Below, in pieces: positions 30,910-32,000 of a stretch of 32,000 bases of DNA; positions within the stretch are counted from its first letter, which is position 1; the number at the start of each line of letters is the position of its first letter. The stretch spans positions 960,001-992,000 of the forward strand of contig NC_006576.1 in the NCBI RefSeq assembly GCF_000010065.1, given 5' to 3'. This DNA comes from Synechococcus elongatus PCC 6301. GTDB lineage: Bacteria; Cyanobacteriota; Cyanobacteriia; Synechococcales; Synechococcaceae. The notes below the pieces were generated by a model. It was given only the letters and a program-made list of their open reading frames with translations, was not told the origin of the DNA and did no database searches. Position numbers and translations under genes: made by a program.

Positions 30910-32000
30910 ATGCAGCCCACCGACCCCAATCGTTTTACAGACCAAGCCTGGGATGCGATCGTCGAATCGCAAACTGTGGCTCGCCAACTGCGGCAACAGC
31001 AGCTGGAAGTGGAGCACGTCCTCCTGGCCTTGCTCGATCAGGAGTCGGGGGTAGCTGCAGAAATTTTGGCGAAAGCAGGGGTGGCAGTTGCCAACCTGCG
31101 GCAACCCCTCGAAGACTTTGCACGACGGCAGCCTCGCAATGCCTCGGGTACGCAGCTCTACCTAGGACGCGGCCTCGATCGCCTGCTGGACTTAGCAGAA
31201 CGGGCGCGAGAACTCTGGCAAGACGAGTTCATCGGCGTTGAGCATTTGCTGATGGGCTTCGTGGAGGACGATCGCATCGGTCGTCGCTTGGCGCAGGGTC
31301 TCAAACTCGATGCCAAAACACTCGAGACAACGATTCAAGCGTTGCGATCGCCCGCTGCCGATGAGGCTGAAGCAGAAGAGAGCGAACCCAGCTATCCCTT
31401 CCTCAGCAAGTACGGTCGCGATCTGACAGCGCTGGCGGAACAGGAAAAACTCGATCCGGTGATTGGCCGTGATCTGGAAATTCGTCGCGTCATTCAAGTG
31501 CTATCGCGGCGCAGTAAGAACAATCCCGTCCTGATTGGTGAACCGGGTGTCGGCAAAACTGCGATCGCCGAAGGCTTGGCCCAGCGGATTGTTGCCGGTG
31601 AAGTACCGGATTCGCTCAAGCAACGGCGGCTGATCAGCCTCGATATGGGTTCCCTGATTGCTGGTGCCAAATATCGCGGTGAGTTCGAGGAGCGGCTGCG
31701 GGCAGTTCTGCACGAGGTCACCCACTCCGATGGCCAAATGGTGCTGTTCATCGACGAGCTACACACCGTCGTCGGAGCTGGGGCAGGTCAGCAAGGCAGC
31801 GCCATGGATGCGGGCAACCTGCTCAAGCCGATGCTGGCGCGGGGCGAATTGCGCTGCATTGGCGCGACAACGACCGATGAATATCGCCGCACGATCGAGA
31901 AGGATCCAGCCCTCGAACGACGCTTCCAACAGGTCTACGTCAGCCAGCCCAGCGTCGAAGACACGATCGCAATTCTGCGCGGCCTCAAGGAACGCTACGA
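30910..32000 (+). CDS. clpB: ClpB-type AAA+ disaggregase, truncated at the right edge; possibly the second ClpB paralogue of S. elongatus (clpB2)
   Basis: [44 protein letters not shown]..., [65 protein letters not shown] and [15 protein letters not shown]. The ORF runs off the window. Confidence 0.93.
   Translation, partial: MQPTDPNRFTDQAWDAIVESQTVARQLRQQQLEVEHVLLALLDQESGVAAEILAKAGVAVANLRQPLEDFARRQPRNASGTQLYLGRGLDRLLDLAERARELWQDEFIGVEHLLMGFVEDDRIGRRLAQGLKLDAKTLETTIQALRSPAADEAEAEESEPSYPFLSKYGRDLTALAEQEKLDPVIGRDLEIRRVIQVLSRRSKNNPVLIGEPGVGKTAIAEGLAQRIVAGEVPDSLKQRRLISLDMGSLIAGAKYRGEFEERLRAVLHEVTHSDGQMVLFIDELHTVVGAGAGQQGSAMDAGNLLKPMLARGELRCIGATTTDEYRRTIEKDPALERRFQQVYVSQPSVEDTIAILRGLKERY

Overview
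The window is a chromosomal segment of a Synechococcus elongatus-type cyanobacterium (PCC 7942/6301/UTEX 2973 group). I recognised this from protein sequences, chiefly CikA, RpoD1, HemL, PsbC and PsbD, and from the dense GCGATCGC (HIP1) palindromes. Content is mostly core and housekeeping: a CHASE2-type adenylate/guanylate cyclase (off the left edge), a FecR-domain protein, arogenate/prephenate dehydrogenase, a degenerate DinG/XPD-like helicase-related protein, DUF2839 and DUF1815 proteins, psbD-psbC, ycf4, a cyclophilin-type PPIase, a CruP-like flavoprotein, priA, a GNAT acetyltransferase, rpoD1, an L,D-transpeptidase, hemL, cikA, an Atx1-like metallochaperone, a PrxQ/Bcp-like peroxiredoxin, a stand-alone SdhA/FrdA flavoprotein, an ABC exporter, eno, gloA and a ClpB chaperone (off the right edge). 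I see no CRISPR array, transposase, prophage or multi-gene defence island. The one clearly accessory element is an AT-rich trypsin-like protease ORF (18177-19028) between rpoD1 and an L,D-transpeptidase gene. Other second-look items are an in-frame 39-aa membrane ORF right after the eno stop, a PrxQ-like protein with a single cysteine, the ycf4-PPIase-cruP gene train, the degenerate helicase-like protein and several non-ATG starts. Family assignments come from recall and motif reading; no searches were run.
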